Source of the DNA: Pseudomonadota bacterium
GTDB lineage: Bacteria > Pseudomonadota > Alphaproteobacteria > Rhodobacterales > Rhodobacteraceae
Direction: 5' to 3'
DNA length: 49,905 nucleotides
NCBI GenBank assembly: GCA_037134595.1
Contig: JBAXLX010000001.1
Span: 1 to 49,905 of the forward strand
The notes below the pieces were generated by a model. The model did no database searches. It worked only from the letters and a program-made list of their open reading frames with translations, and was not told the origin of the DNA. The translations under genes and the position numbers were made by a program. This document shows positions 1 to 10,968 of this stretch, piece by piece. Every line of letters begins with the position of its first letter. The first letter of the stretch is position 1.

Positions 1-1189
1 CGATCAGCTTGCCGATCAGGCTGTCGTAATAGGGCGGGATCGAATAGCCGCCGTACAGCGCCGAATCCATCCGCACGCCCAAGCCACCGGGCGCGTGAAA
101 GACTTTGACCTTGCCGGGGCGCGGGGCGAAATCGGGCAGGCGTTCGGCGTTGATGCGCACTTCGATGGCGTGGCCGTTGATGTGCAACTCGTCTTGGGTG
201 AACGACAAGGGCAGGCCCGAGGCCACGCGGATTTGTTCGCGCACAAGGTCAACGCCAAAGATCGCCTCGGTGACAGGGTGTTCCACCTGCAAACGGGTGT
301 TCATCTCGATAAAGAAGAATTCGCCGTCTTCATAAAGAAATTCAATCGTGCCTGCGCCGATATAGCTGATCTTCTGCATCGCGTCCGCGCAGACCTTGCC
401 GATCTTGGCCCGCAGCGCGGGGGTGATGGCGGGGCCGGGGGCTTCTTCGAACACCTTCTGGTGGCGGCGTTGCAAAGAGCAATCGCGCTCTCCCAGATGG
501 ACCGCGCCGCCCTTGCCGTCGCCAAACACCTGAATTTCGATATGGCGCGGCTTTTGCAGGTATTTTTCGATATAGACTTCGTCATTGCCAAAGGCAGCTT
601 TGGATTCCGAGCGTGCGGTGCGAAAGGCAATCTCAAGCTCTTCGGGGTTGCGCGCCACTTTCATGCCGCGCCCGCCACCGCCTGCGGTGGCCTTGATGAT
701 CACCGGAAAGCCGATTTTCGCGGCCACGCCAATCGCCGTTTCATAATCCGCCACCCCGCCCTCAGACCCCGGCACCACGGGAATGCCCAAAGCCTTGGCG
801 GTTTCCTTGGCGGTGATCTTGTCGCCCATGATGCGGATATGTTCGGCATTGGGGCCGATGAAGGTGATGCCGTGGTCCTGCAAGGCCTGCGCAAACGAGG
901 CGTTTTCCGACAAGAACCCGTAGCCCGGATGCACGGCCTGCGCGCCCGTAATCTCGCAAGCGGAAATGATCGCGGCTTTGTTCAGATAGCTTTGGGTCGA
1001 CGAGGCCGGGCCGATACACACCGATTCGTCGGCCATGCGCACATGCATGGCATCGGCATCGGCGGTGGAATGGACGGCCACCGATTTGATGCCCATCTCG
1101 CGGCAGGCACGGATGACCCGCAGGGCAATCTCGCCGCGATTGGCGATCAGGATTTTGTCGAAGATGGGCAGCGCGGGGCTTTGCGTCAA
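1..1189 (-). CDS. accC: Acetyl-CoA carboxylase biotin carboxylase subunit (3' end runs off the window)
   Basis: Minus strand reads ...[26 protein letters not shown]...[10 protein letters not shown]...; likely TTG start at 1189 just after the accB stop. Missing from the ORF track because it has no stop in the window. Confidence 0.95.
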   Translation of the reverse strand, partial: MTQSPALPIFDKILIANRGEIALRVIRACREMGIKSVAVHSTADADAMHVRMADESVCIGPASSTQSYLNKAAIISACEITGAQAVHPGYGFLSENASFAQALQDHGITFIGPNAEHIRIMGDKITAKETAKALGIPVVPGSEGGVADYETAIGVAAKIGFPVIIKATAGGGGRGMKVARNPEELEIAFRTARSESKAAFGNDEVYIEKYLQKPRHIEIQVFGDGKGGAVHLGERDCSLQRRHQKVFEEAPGPAITPALRAKIGKVCADAMQKISYIGAGTIEFLYEDGEFFFIEMNTRLQVEHPVTEAIFGVDLVREQIRVASGLPLSFTQDELHINGHAIEVRINAERLPDFAPRPGKVKVFHAPGGLGVRMDSALYGGYSIPPYYDSLIGKLI

Positions 1190-1199
1190 GATGCCGCCC

Positions 1200-1691
1200 T
1201 CACTCGATGATCATCAAAGGCGCGCCGTATTCGACGGCTTGGCCGTCATTGGCCAGAATGCGCTTAACGCTGCCTGCGCGCGGGGCGGGGATGTGGTTCA
1301 TGGTTTTCATCGCTTCGATGATCAAAACCGTTTGGCCTTCGCTGACCGTGGCCCCCACGGTGACAAAGGGGGCGGCGCCGGGTTCTGCCGACAGATAGAC
1401 CGTGCCGACCATGGGCGAGGTCACAGCGCCGGGATGTTGGGCGGGATCTTCGATGGCGGCAGGCGCTGCGGGTGCTGGGGTGGCGGCGGGGGCGTGCTGC
1501 ACCATCGGGGCCGCCTGCATCACGGGGGCAGACTGTTGCACCACGGTGACCTGTTTGACCACCTTCACATCCAAGCTGTCATATTCGCCATATTCGCGCA
1601 TCACGGACAGTTCGGTGAGCTCGTTCTTATTAAGAAGCTCTGCCAAGGCCGAGATAAAGGCCACGTCCGCATCGGGGGAATGTTTGCTCAT
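1200..1691 (-). CDS. accB: Biotin carboxyl carrier protein
   Basis: SPMVGTVY and biotinylation motif EAMKTMN; Ala/Pro linker; ATG 1691 after GAGG. Confidence 0.96.
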   Translation of the reverse strand: MSKHSPDADVAFISALAELLNKNELTELSVMREYGEYDSLDVKVVKQVTVVQQSAPVMQAAPMVQHAPAATPAPAAPAAIEDPAQHPGAVTSPMVGTVYLSAEPGAAPFVTVGATVSEGQTVLIIEAMKTMNHIPAPRAGSVKRILANDGQAVEYGAPLMIIE

Positions 1692-1911
1692 GCGATCCTC
1701 TGTTGGCGTCGTTGATGGGCGGCCTTTGGGCCAAACGCGCATTTGAAAGCCTCGTATAGTGTACAGATGCCCAAAGGAAAAGCATCTGATGCGGTTTGGG
1801 GCGGGGTGGGTGTGAATTCTTCGCTTTGGACGAAATTTACCATTTGATAAAAAACTAGACCTGTGCCAGCCTTCCCCCATAGGTTCCCTTCAAAGAGATG
1901 GCGGAGGCCCC

Positions 1912-3204
1912 ATGCCAAATTCCCCCCAAACGCCCGGTATCGTGGCGCAGCGCTTGTCCAGCGACCAAGTGGCCCACAACTTTGCCACCTATCAGCCCGC
2001 TTATGACGCGCATGAAGCCCGTGTTGCGGCGGATCGGTGCTATTTCTGCCACGATGCGCCCTGCATGACGGCTTGCCCCACCGCCATCGACATTCCCCTG
2101 TTCATCCGCCAGATCGCCACCGGCACGCCCGATGCGGCGGCCAAGACGATCTTTGCGCAAAACATCATGGGCGGCATGTGCGCGCGCGTCTGCCCGACCG
2201 AAACCCTGTGCGAAGAGGTTTGCGTGCGCGAGGTCGCCGAAGGCAAACCGGTCGAGATTGGCCGTTTGCAACGCTACGCCACCGACAGCCTGATGGCCAA
2301 AGGGGTGCATCCCTTTACCCGCGCGGCCGACACGGGCAAGCGCGTCGCCGTGGTGGGGGCAGGGCCTGCGGGTCTGGCCTGCGCGCACCGATTGGCGCTG
2401 CATGGTCATGCCGTGACGGTCTATGACCGCCGACCGAAGGCGGGTGGCCTGAACGAATACGGCATTGCGGGTTATAAATCGACTGACGACTTCGCCGCAC
2501 GCGAGGTGGAGTGGTTGCTAAAGATCGGCGGTATCTCGCTGGAAACGGGCAAAGAGTTGGGCCGCGATATCACGCTGGCTGGTTTGGAAGCCGCCTTCGA
2601 TGCGGTATTTCTTGGCATCGGTTTGGGCGGTGGGAACGCGCTTGGGTTGGCGGGCGAGGATATGGCGGGTGTTGCCAACGCCGTCGATTTCATCGCCACG
2701 CTGCGGCAGGCTACGGATAAATCCGCGCTGGAAGTGGGCCGCGATGTCGTGGTGATCGGCGGCGGCATGACGGCGGTGGATGCGGCGGTGCAGGCCAAGC
2801 TTTTGGGCGCGCAGACCGTGACGATGGTCTACCGGCGCGGCAAAGAGAAGATGAGCGCCTCGGTCTACGAGCAAGAGCATGCAACTGCTTCGGGCGTGAC
2901 GATTGTGTATGGGGCGGCTCCTGTGAAGCTTGTCGGCTCGGCCAAGGTCGAGGGCGTGCAATTCGCCTATGAGTCGGGCGAAACCTTTACCCTCAAGGCC
3001 GATCAGGTGTTCAAGGCCATCGGCCAGACGCTGGTGGATGCGCCCATTGCGCGGGAGGGGAAGAAGCTGGTCACCCGCTCGGCCAAGGTCTGGGCGGGCG
3101 GCGATTGTGCGGCGGGGGGCGAAGATCTGACCGTTACCGCCGTTGCACAGGGCCGCGATGCGGCCGAAGATATTCACGCTGTTTTGACGGGAACGGTGCG
3201 CTAA
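1912..3204 (+). CDS. preT: Dihydropyrimidine dehydrogenase subunit (GltD-like NAD(P)/FAD Fe-S oxidoreductase)
   Basis: RCYFCHDAPCMTACP Fe-S motif, GAGPAG and GGGMTAVD dinucleotide motifs; directly upstream of preA. Confidence 0.9.
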   Translation: MPNSPQTPGIVAQRLSSDQVAHNFATYQPAYDAHEARVAADRCYFCHDAPCMTACPTAIDIPLFIRQIATGTPDAAAKTIFAQNIMGGMCARVCPTETLCEEVCVREVAEGKPVEIGRLQRYATDSLMAKGVHPFTRAADTGKRVAVVGAGPAGLACAHRLALHGHAVTVYDRRPKAGGLNEYGIAGYKSTDDFAAREVEWLLKIGGISLETGKELGRDITLAGLEAAFDAVFLGIGLGGGNALGLAGEDMAGVANAVDFIATLRQATDKSALEVGRDVVVIGGGMTAVDAAVQAKLLGAQTVTMVYRRGKEKMSASVYEQEHATASGVTIVYGAAPVKLVGSAKVEGVQFAYESGETFTLKADQVFKAIGQTLVDAPIAREGKKLVTRSAKVWAGGDCAAGGEDLTVTAVAQGRDAAEDIHAVLTGTVR

Positions 3205-3229
3205 GGCGCAGGTTATCAGGGATCACATC

Positions 3230-4528
3230 ATGGCAAATCTGGCGTCCAATTTCATCGGCATCAAATCGCCCAACCCGTTCTGGCTGGCCTCTGCCCCGCC
3301 GACCGACAAAGCCTATAACGTCGAGCGCGCCTATGAGGCGGGCTGGGGCGGGGTGGTTTGGAAAACCTTAGGCTCGGAAGGGCCACCTGTGGTGAACGTA
3401 TCCGGCCCGCGGTATGGGGCGATCTGGGGCGCGGATCGGCGGTTGTTGGGGCTAAACAACATCGAACTGATCACCGACAGACCCTTGCAGGTCAACCTTG
3501 ACGAGATCAAAGCCGTCAAGCGCAAGTGGCGCGATCGGGCCTTGGTGATCAGCCTGATGGTGCCCTGTGACGAGGAGTCGTGGAAAGACATCCTGCACCG
3601 GATCGAGGATACCGAAGCTGACGGGGTCGAGCTGAACTTTGGCTGCCCGCATGGCATGGCCGAGCGGGGCATGGGGTCGGCGGTCGGGCAGGTGCCGGAA
3701 TATATCGAAATGGTGACACGCTGGGTGAAAAAGCACTCGCGCATGCCCTGCATCGTCAAACTGACCCCCAATATCAACGACATCCGCAAACCGGCTGAGG
3801 CGGCACATGCTGGCGGGGCGGATGCGGTGTCACTGATCAACACGATCAACTCCATCACCTCGGTCAACCTTGACAGCTTTGCGCCCGAACCGATGATTGA
3901 CGGCAAGGGCACCCACGGCGGCTATTGCGGCCCTGCGGTCAAGCCGATTGCGCTGAACATGGTCGCCGAGATTGCCCGCAACCCTGCCACGCGCAACTTG
4001 CCCATCAGTGGCATTGGCGGGGTGACCACATGGCGCGATGCGGCAGAGTTTTTGGCCCTAGGGGCGGGCAATGTGCAGGTCTGCACGGCGGCGATGACCT
4101 ATGGGTTCAAGATCGTGTCCGAGATGATCTCGGGCCTGTCGGACTATCTGGATGACAAGGGGATGGGCCTGTCTGATCTGGTGGGGCGTGCAACGCCGAA
4201 CGTGACCGATTGGCAGTTCTTGAACCTGAACTACGTCACCAAAGCCGTGATCAACCAAGACGATTGCATCAAATGCGGCCGCTGCTTTGCCGCGTGTGAA
4301 GACACCAGCCACCAAGCCATCGCGATGAGTGCGGACCGCACCTTTACGGTGAAAGACGAAGAATGCGTGGCCTGTAACCTGTGCGTCAACGTCTGCCCGG
4401 TGCAAGATTGCATCACCATGGTCGAAGTGCCCAAAGGCGGGGTGGATCAGCGCACGGGGCGCACAGTGGGCGATTATGCCAATTGGACGATGCATCCTAA
4501 CAACCCCTCGGTCGCTGCAGCAGAATGA
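3230..4528 (+). CDS. preA: NAD-dependent dihydropyrimidine dehydrogenase subunit PreA
   Basis: NPFWLASAPP, ELNFGCPH, KLTPN motifs and two C-terminal CxxCxxC ferredoxin motifs. Confidence 0.95.
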   Translation: MANLASNFIGIKSPNPFWLASAPPTDKAYNVERAYEAGWGGVVWKTLGSEGPPVVNVSGPRYGAIWGADRRLLGLNNIELITDRPLQVNLDEIKAVKRKWRDRALVISLMVPCDEESWKDILHRIEDTEADGVELNFGCPHGMAERGMGSAVGQVPEYIEMVTRWVKKHSRMPCIVKLTPNINDIRKPAEAAHAGGADAVSLINTINSITSVNLDSFAPEPMIDGKGTHGGYCGPAVKPIALNMVAEIARNPATRNLPISGIGGVTTWRDAAEFLALGAGNVQVCTAAMTYGFKIVSEMISGLSDYLDDKGMGLSDLVGRATPNVTDWQFLNLNYVTKAVINQDDCIKCGRCFAACEDTSHQAIAMSADRTFTVKDEECVACNLCVNVCPVQDCITMVEVPKGGVDQRTGRTVGDYANWTMHPNNPSVAAAE

Positions 4529-4540
4529 GGCGGGGGCAGA

Positions 4541-5131
4541 ATGACGCGGGGGCAGGGGCTACAGCGGGTGGTGACGGCGGCAGAGCAGGCTTTTGCCGAG
4601 GCTGATCTGTCGCCTCAGGCGCGGGCGGCCCTGACGAAGGTGTTTGACCGGCTGAAAACCGTTCACCCTGCGGCGGAGGTCGTGGCTGAGGATTTGCCCG
4701 TTCTCTCGCTTCTGCCCCAAGCCGTGGCCAACCTGAACGGGCAAGGGCAAAGCCTGCAAGCCTTGGGGGAAGCGGTGCAAGACCTTGCCCCCGCCTTGGG
4801 GTGGAGCACGCGCAAAAGCGTTGGCCCTACCGCCAGCGCGGGCTTTGCGCAGGCCCATGCCAACGCTGTGCTGATCGGCCCGAACGGGTTAGAGCCGCGC
4901 GAGGATGTGTGGGTGGGCCTAAGCCTGATGGCGCCGCAGACCCGCTACCCCGACCACGACCACGCGCCCGAGGAGGTGTATCTGGTGCTGAGTGATGGGG
5001 CGTTTTTGCAAGGCGATGCCGATTGGCTGCCTCGCGCCGCTGGCCAAACGGTCTATAACACGCCGTGGATTCGCCATGCGATGCGGGCAGGCGATCAACC
5101 CTTTCTCGCCTTATGGTGTTTGCCGGTATAA
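4541..5131 (+). CDS. Cupin of the DMSP lyase (DddQ/DddL-like) family
   Basis: [24 protein letters not shown]...HAMR...PFLALWCL cupin motifs. Confidence 0.7.
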   Translation: MTRGQGLQRVVTAAEQAFAEADLSPQARAALTKVFDRLKTVHPAAEVVAEDLPVLSLLPQAVANLNGQGQSLQALGEAVQDLAPALGWSTRKSVGPTASAGFAQAHANAVLIGPNGLEPREDVWVGLSLMAPQTRYPDHDHAPEEVYLVLSDGAFLQGDADWLPRAAGQTVYNTPWIRHAMRAGDQPFLALWCLPV

Positions 5132-5192
5132 GGTGCTGGAAACTGGGGCACTATCGGCCCATATGTTAGAATTGCAGACCAAAGGGGCGAAA

Positions 5193-6200
5193 ATGCGCTA
5201 TTCCGTGTTAGACTTGGCCCCCGTGGTCGAAGGCCAAACCGCAAGCGACGCGCTGCGCAATGCGGCTGATCTGGCGCAAAAGGCCGAAAGCTGGGGCTAT
5301 CACCGCTATTGGCTGGCCGAGCATCACAATATGCCCGGCATCGCCAGTGCCGCGACCGCCGTGGTTGTGGGCCATGTGGCAGCACAGACCAAGACGATCC
5401 GCGTGGGGGCAGGGGGCATCATGCTGCCCAACCACGCGCCCTTGGTGATTGCCGAACAGTTCGGCACGCTGGAGGCGCTGTTTCCCGGACGCATCGACCT
5501 TGGCCTTGGCCGTGCGCCGGGGTCTGATATGGCCACCGCACGGGCGATGCGGCGCAATATGGACTCGTCCGACAATTTCCCTGCCGATGTGGTGGAATTG
5601 CTGCACTATCTGGATGTCGCCGACCCCAAATCGCCCATCCGCGCTTGCCCGGGGCAAGGGTCACAGGTGCCCGTGTGGATACTGGGGTCCAGCCTGTACG
5701 GCGCGCAACTGGCGGCCTATCTGGGCCTGCCCTATGCCTTTGCCAGCCACTTCGCCCCCGCCCAATTGGCCGAGGCGGCGCAGGTGTATCGCAGCAGTTT
5801 TCGGCCCTCGATCTGGCGGACAACCCCCTATTTTATGATGGCGATCGGCCTATGTGCCGCGGCAAGCGATGCCGAGGCGCAGCTTTTGCGGTCGTCGCAA
5901 GTGATCTCTTTTGCCCGCCTTCGCACGGGGCAACCCGGGCTTTTACCGCCGCCCCAAGCCGATCTGTCGCATATCCCCGACCACGTGATGCAAGGGGTCG
6001 ATCAGGCGTTGTCCTGTGCGGCGGTGGGGGCCCCTGTCACCGTCCAGCGGGCTTTGGCCGCCTTGGTGGCGCAGTATCAACCCGACGAGGTTTTGCTCAC
6101 CGGTATGACCCATTCCCACCAAGCAAGGCTGGAGTCGTTTCGCATCGGGGCAGCGGCCATGCAGGCTTTGGGCGCGCGCCCGTCGCAGTTGGCGGCTTAG
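5193..6200 (+). CDS. LLM-class flavin-dependent oxidoreductase (luciferase-like)
   Basis: [38 protein letters not shown]; start taken at ATG 5193. Confidence 0.9.
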   Translation: MRYSVLDLAPVVEGQTASDALRNAADLAQKAESWGYHRYWLAEHHNMPGIASAATAVVVGHVAAQTKTIRVGAGGIMLPNHAPLVIAEQFGTLEALFPGRIDLGLGRAPGSDMATARAMRRNMDSSDNFPADVVELLHYLDVADPKSPIRACPGQGSQVPVWILGSSLYGAQLAAYLGLPYAFASHFAPAQLAEAAQVYRSSFRPSIWRTTPYFMMAIGLCAAASDAEAQLLRSSQVISFARLRTGQPGLLPPPQADLSHIPDHVMQGVDQALSCAAVGAPVTVQRALAALVAQYQPDEVLLTGMTHSHQARLESFRIGAAAMQALGARPSQLAA

Positions 6201-6592
6201 GTCGACATCAGCGTCAATCGCTCGTGCGGCCCCAGTGCGCGCAGCTCGTCTTCGACCATGGCGGGATTGGGCAATGCGGGGGCAATGACCATGATGCGGT
6301 GCATGTAGCCAAAGGATTCAAGCGTTGTGACCATCTCGAAGGCATCAGCGGCTTGTGAAAACAGCGGGATAACCACGGTCGTCGGAGACAGGTGTTTCAG
6401 CGTTGCGTAGGTTAATTCCGTGAACCTAATATGGGTTATCGGGCGCAAAGCTGTCGGACCCTGCGCGACCAAGACCGCTTCGCACGCAATTGCAAGCGTC
6501 AAAGGCGGAATGCCCCAGTTGTCGTTGGATGCAGACCCCATCACACGCAGATATTTTACGGCAAAAGCGAATTTCATAGGGGCTCGAATCAA
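6197..6592 (-). CDS. Hypothetical protein (start uncertain)
   Basis: Open frame with protein-like C-terminal half, convergent with and overlapping the LLM stop by 4 nt. Confidence 0.55.
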   Translation of the reverse strand: MIRAPMKFAFAVKYLRVMGSASNDNWGIPPLTLAIACEAVLVAQGPTALRPITHIRFTELTYATLKHLSPTTVVIPLFSQAADAFEMVTTLESFGYMHRIMVIAPALPNPAMVEDELRALGPHERLTLMST

Positions 6593-6808
6593 TCCGGAGT
6601 TTATTTTTTCCGACCGTTAAACTACTTTAACGATAACCGACACGCACAGTTTGCCTATGCGGTGCCTTGGCCAAACGCAATTTGGCCACAAACCGATCTT
6701 GGCTATGGACGCCGCATATTCCTTCGTGAAACGATCTCAGTGCACCCGGGCCTGTGCGTGTTCATCGGCTTGACGCGAGAGAATCTGTGGCAAAGGGAAG
6801 TGATTGGC

Positions 6809-7828
6809 GTGGATCAAGACATGTTAAACGAGGTTTTGGCAGGTCTGCCCTTGCCCGCCCTGATGATCGGCGCAGATGAGCGGATCAGCGGGTGCAACAG
6901 CGCTGCGCTGGTTTTGTTGGGCGCGGGTCTGGTCGGGCGACATCATGCCTTTGTGCTGCGCCAGCCCGAAGTCTTGCAGGCCATATCCGCCGCCCTGCGC
7001 AGCCGCGTTTTGGCCGAAGCGCGCCATGTTATCCCCGGCCCCAGCCATGAAGTGACCCACCGTGTCACCGCGGCGCCGGTCGGGCAGTCGGTGCTGTGCA
7101 CCTTTGAAGACCTGTCGGACCGCGAGCAAATGGATGCGATGCGCCGCGATTTTGTGGCCAACGTCAGCCATGAACTGCGCACGCCCCTCACCTCGGTTCT
7201 GGGGTTTATTGAAACGCTACGCGGTCCTGCCCGGGATGATGCCGCCGTGCGCGACCGGTTTTTGGCCACCATGCAGACCGAGGCGGAGCGCATGGTGCGC
7301 CTGGTGCGCGACCTGTTGCAGCTCTCCAAAGTCGAAGCCCAAGAGCGTCAGCGCCCGACCGACCGCCATGATGTGGCCCGCTTGATCTTTTCGGCCGCCC
7401 AATCGCTGCGCCCCATGGCCGAGGCGGCCAAAGTGCGTTTGGTTCTGGCCGGATTGGACGATCCGGTGGAGATTTTCGCTGATCCTGACCAAATCACCCA
7501 AGTTGCCACCAATTTGATCGAGAATGCCATCAAATATGGGGGGGCGGGCAAAGAGGTGCAGGTGACGCTGACCCATGAAAGCAGCCCGCGGGGGCCCAAA
7601 GTGCGGTTTGCGGTGAAGGATCAAGGCGAGGGGATTGAATCCTTTCACCTGCCGCGCTTAGCCGAACGCTTCTACCGCGTAGATGGCCACCGCAGCCGGG
7701 AAAAGGGGGGGACGGGGTTGGGATTGGCCATCGTGAAGCACATCGCCCACCGCCATAGGGGCCGGCTGGTGATCGACAGCGTGGTCGGTCAAGGGTCTAG
7801 TTTTGCGGTGCTTTTGCCCGCCAACTGA
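6809..7828 (+). CDS. phoR: Phosphate regulon sensor histidine kinase (soluble, PAS-like N-terminus)
   Basis: H-box DFVANVSHELRTPL, N-box NLIENAIKY, ERFYRVD and GGTGLGLAIV; heads the pst/pho cluster. Start is GTG 6800, GTG 6809 or ATG 6821. Confidence 0.92.
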   Translation: MDQDMLNEVLAGLPLPALMIGADERISGCNSAALVLLGAGLVGRHHAFVLRQPEVLQAISAALRSRVLAEARHVIPGPSHEVTHRVTAAPVGQSVLCTFEDLSDREQMDAMRRDFVANVSHELRTPLTSVLGFIETLRGPARDDAAVRDRFLATMQTEAERMVRLVRDLLQLSKVEAQERQRPTDRHDVARLIFSAAQSLRPMAEAAKVRLVLAGLDDPVEIFADPDQITQVATNLIENAIKYGGAGKEVQVTLTHESSPRGPKVRFAVKDQGEGIESFHLPRLAERFYRVDGHRSREKGGTGLGLAIVKHIAHRHRGRLVIDSVVGQGSSFAVLLPAN

Positions 7829-7875
7829 CCCAATTTGGGTCACCGAGACCGCGGCGTTGCTGCAGATCAAAGGAA

Positions 7876-7904
7876 TTGTCATTAAAAAGTTACACAAATG
7901 TCGC
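7876..7904 (+). promoter_or_regulatory. Putative Pho box (three 7-mers at 11-bp period)
   Basis: TTGTCAT (7876), AAGTTAC (7887), ATGTCGC (7898), similar to the CTGTCAT consensus, upstream of the pst genes. Confidence 0.7.
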
Positions 7905-7958
7905 AAAAGCGAAGTACTGCGGTTCTATCCCAATCCGAAACGTATCGGGGCTTTTTTT

Positions 7959-8084
7959 ATGAAGCGTGGACTGGGGAAACATCTGTCGTGCCAGCTTATC
8001 GCCTCTGGTTTGGTGTCTAACGCAAATAAGTCCGCCACCAAAGCGGCTGTTAATGCGGGTGCGTTGATGGCGCCTTTGAAATAG
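7959..8084 (+). pseudogene. pstS: Probable pstS remnant (C-terminal tail only)
   Basis: 41-codon ORF at the pstS position ending ...GLVSNANKSATKAAVNAGALMAPLK*, resembling Rhodobacteraceae PstS C-termini as I recall them; no full pstS between phoR and pstC. Confidence 0.55.
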
Positions 8085-8092
8085 CAACAAGC

Positions 8093-8120
8093 GGCGCGCG
8101 GTTCGCTCGCGCGCCTTTCT
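8093..8120 (+). terminator. Stem-loop ahead of pstC
   Basis: GGCGCGCG-gttcgct-CGCGCGCC followed by TTTCT. Confidence 0.6.
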
Positions 8121-8139
8121 CTATCCTGACAGGACGATC

Positions 8140-9588
8140 ATGAGCCTTGGCCTTCTTTTACTAACTATCGTTGCGTTGGCGGCCCTTGGCTATGGCTTGG
8201 GCCGCCGCAGGGCCATGCTTTCGGCGGGCGGCGATATGCGAAAGTTGCATTCCCTGCCCACCTTTTACGGCTGGATTACTGCCCTTGGGGTCTTGGTGCC
8301 TGCGCTCTTGATCCTCATCCTTTGGTTGTTTGCCGAAGGCTTTGTCATCCACAATAGCGCGGTTAGCCATATTGATCCGGCGGATGTGCCCGCTGACAGT
8401 TCGGTCAACCTGATGATGGCCGATGTGACGCGACTGGCCCAAGGTCTGAGCGCGCTCGCGGCGAAGGGCACCGATTTGCCTGCGCTTGAGCAGGATATCG
8501 AGGCGCTGAAAACCGCACTTGCCGATGCGGGGGTTGCCATGGGCAACGATCCGACCCCGTCGATGATCGCCGCAGCCCAAGCGGTGCGCAGCACGGCGGC
8601 GATGTCGCGGGTTGGGCTTTCGGTGACAACCTTGATCGTGTCGCTGGCGGGATTGGTTTGGGGGATGCGGCGGATTTCGCCCGAGTTTCGCGCCCGCAAT
8701 GCCACCGAACGGGTGTCATTGGGCCTGCTGATCGCGGCGTCCTTGATTGCGGTTTTGACCACGGTTGGGATTGTCTTCTCGCTTCTGGCCAATACCGTGC
8801 ATTTCTTTGCGATCTATCCGGCGTCAACCTTTTTCTTCTCGCCCACGTGGGATCCGAAGTTTGGCGGCGGCTCGACTTTGGGAATTTTGCCCTTGGTCTG
8901 GGGGACGCTGTATGTGTCGGTGATCTCGCTGGTGGTGGCGGTGCCCATCGGGTTGTTTTCGGCGATTTATCTGGCTGAATATGCCTCGCGCCGCGTGCGC
9001 GGCATTGTGAAGCCGCTGATTGAGGTTTTGGCGGGCATTCCCACCATTGTCTACGGCCTGTTTGCGCTGATCACGGTTGGCCCCTTGCTGCGCGACTGGA
9101 TCGCGATGCCGATGGGGTTTGGCAATTCGTCCTCGACCGTGATGACGGCCGGCTTGGTCATGGGGATCATGATCATTCCCTTCGTCTCGTCGCTGTCTGA
9201 CGATATCATCAACGCCGTGCCACAATCGCTGCGCGATGGGTCGTTGGGGCTGGGGGCCACGCCGTCGGAAACCATTCGTCAAGTTGTCATTCCCGCCGCT
9301 TTGCCGGGCATCGTCGGGGCTGTCTTGCTGGCCGCGTCGCGGGCGATTGGTGAGACGATGATCGTGGTTCTGGGGGCAGGGGCTGCGGCCAAACTGTCGA
9401 TGAACCCGTTCGAAGCCATGACCACGGTGACGGTCAAGATCGTCAGCCAGTTGACCGGCGATACCGAATTCGCCTCGCCCGAGACGCTGGTCGCGTTTGC
9501 GCTTGGCCTGACCCTTTTCACCTTCACCTTGGGCCTGAACGTGGTGGCTTTGGTGATTGTGCGCAAATACCGGGAGCAATACGAATGA
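8140..9588 (+). CDS. pstC: Phosphate ABC transporter permease PstC
   Basis: LAGIPTIVYG, SDDIINAVPQSLRDGSLGLGAT, SRAIGETM. Confidence 0.96.
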   Translation: MSLGLLLLTIVALAALGYGLGRRRAMLSAGGDMRKLHSLPTFYGWITALGVLVPALLILILWLFAEGFVIHNSAVSHIDPADVPADSSVNLMMADVTRLAQGLSALAAKGTDLPALEQDIEALKTALADAGVAMGNDPTPSMIAAAQAVRSTAAMSRVGLSVTTLIVSLAGLVWGMRRISPEFRARNATERVSLGLLIAASLIAVLTTVGIVFSLLANTVHFFAIYPASTFFFSPTWDPKFGGGSTLGILPLVWGTLYVSVISLVVAVPIGLFSAIYLAEYASRRVRGIVKPLIEVLAGIPTIVYGLFALITVGPLLRDWIAMPMGFGNSSSTVMTAGLVMGIMIIPFVSSLSDDIINAVPQSLRDGSLGLGATPSETIRQVVIPAALPGIVGAVLLAASRAIGETMIVVLGAGAAAKLSMNPFEAMTTVTVKIVSQLTGDTEFASPETLVAFALGLTLFTFTLGLNVVALVIVRKYREQYE

Positions 9589-10952
9589 GCGCCGTTTCAT
9601 CAACCCCGGGCGATCAGCCCACCCCCGAGGCAGCCCGCGTCCGCCATTCCCTGTTCGCGCCCGACAAGCGCACGGCGATGCGCAACGCCCAAGAGGGCCG
9701 GTTTCGCGTCTACGGTCTGGTGGCGATTGTCATCGCCCTGCTGGCGCTGGTCTGGCTGTTGTTTTCGATCTTCTCGGCCGGGCTTCCGGCCTTCCGTCAG
9801 ACCTTTGTCGAAATTCCTGTGATGCTCGATGCCGCCGTGCTGGATAAGGCCGGTCACGGCGATCCGGCGGAAATGGCCTCGGTCACCACGATTGGCTATG
9901 GCAAACTGATCGGCAAAGCTTTGGCGGCCGAGATCGAAGCCAAGGGCATCGACATTGGTGCGATGACGCCGAAAGACTTGGTTGGCATGGTTTCTGAAAA
10001 TGCCGCCGCCGACCTGCGCGATATGGTTTTGGCTGACCCGAAATTGCTGGGCACCACGGTGCAGTTCACGGCCTTGGCGAACGGTCGGATCGACGGCTAT
10101 TTTAAAGGCCGTGTCACGATGGAAAGTGCCGCGCGCGACAACAACACCTCGCCCGAAAAGCTGATGCTGGCGGATAAGTTGGTCGCGGCCGGGCTGATGG
10201 ATATGCGGTTCAATCCCGGCTTTATGTTCATGCCTGATGCCTCTGACAAACGGCCAGAGGCGGCTGGTCTGGGTGTGGCGATCATCGGGTCGCTGTATAT
10301 GATGGTTGTGGTGCTGTGCTTGGCGCTGCCGATCGGGGTGGCCGCCTCGGTCTATCTGGAAGAATTCGCGCCCAAGAACCGCTGGACTGACCTGATCGAG
10401 GTGAACATCGCCAACCTCGCCGCTGTGCCATCGATTGTCTATGGTATCTTGGGCCTGTCTTTCTTTATCAACTTCGCCGGATTGCCGCGATCAGCCTCTA
10501 TCGTCGGCGGCTTGGTGCTGACCTTGATGACCTTGCCGCGCATCATCATCCCGACCCGTGCGGCGCTGAAAGCTGTGCCGCCGTCAATCCGCGATGCGGC
10601 TTTGGGGGTTGGCGCGTCTAAGCTGCAAACCGTCACCCACCATGTGCTGCCCTTGGCCATGCCCGGCGTTCTGACTGGCACGATCATCGGCCTTGCCCAA
10701 GCCTTGGGCGAAACCGCCCCCTTGCTGTTGATCGGCATGGTCGCCTTTGTGCGCGAGTATCCCGGCGCGCCCTTGACGGGCCTGTTTGACCCCGCCTCGG
10801 CCCTGCCGGTGCAAATTTATAACTGGACGCAACGTGGCGATCCGGGCTTTGTCGAGCGGGCCTCGGGCGCCATTATTGTGCTTTTGGCCTTCTTGATCGT
10901 GATGAATACCGCCGCCATCATCCTGCGTCGCCGCTATGAACGCCGCTGGTAA
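9585..10952 (+). CDS. pstA: Phosphate ABC transporter permease PstA
   Basis: [28 protein letters not shown]; ATGA overlap with pstC. Confidence 0.96.
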   Translation: MSAVSSTPGDQPTPEAARVRHSLFAPDKRTAMRNAQEGRFRVYGLVAIVIALLALVWLLFSIFSAGLPAFRQTFVEIPVMLDAAVLDKAGHGDPAEMASVTTIGYGKLIGKALAAEIEAKGIDIGAMTPKDLVGMVSENAAADLRDMVLADPKLLGTTVQFTALANGRIDGYFKGRVTMESAARDNNTSPEKLMLADKLVAAGLMDMRFNPGFMFMPDASDKRPEAAGLGVAIIGSLYMMVVVLCLALPIGVAASVYLEEFAPKNRWTDLIEVNIANLAAVPSIVYGILGLSFFINFAGLPRSASIVGGLVLTLMTLPRIIIPTRAALKAVPPSIRDAALGVGASKLQTVTHHVLPLAMPGVLTGTIIGLAQALGETAPLLLIGMVAFVREYPGAPLTGLFDPASALPVQIYNWTQRGDPGFVERASGAIIVLLAFLIVMNTAAIILRRRYERRW

Positions 10953-10968
10953 GCAGGAGAACGCAAAA

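Noticed and set aside
95-1210. 371-aa plus-strand ORF and similar long antisense ORFs (e.g. 13383..14312, 31285..32241, 37177..38232, 44627..45610)
   Set aside because: Shadow frames opposite clear genes (accC, trpD and others), expected in high-GC coding DNA.
6431-6808. Long N-terminal extension of PhoR in the ORF track
   Set aside because: Overlaps a divergent ORF and is not protein-like; an RBS-like AGGGAAG lies near 6794-6800.
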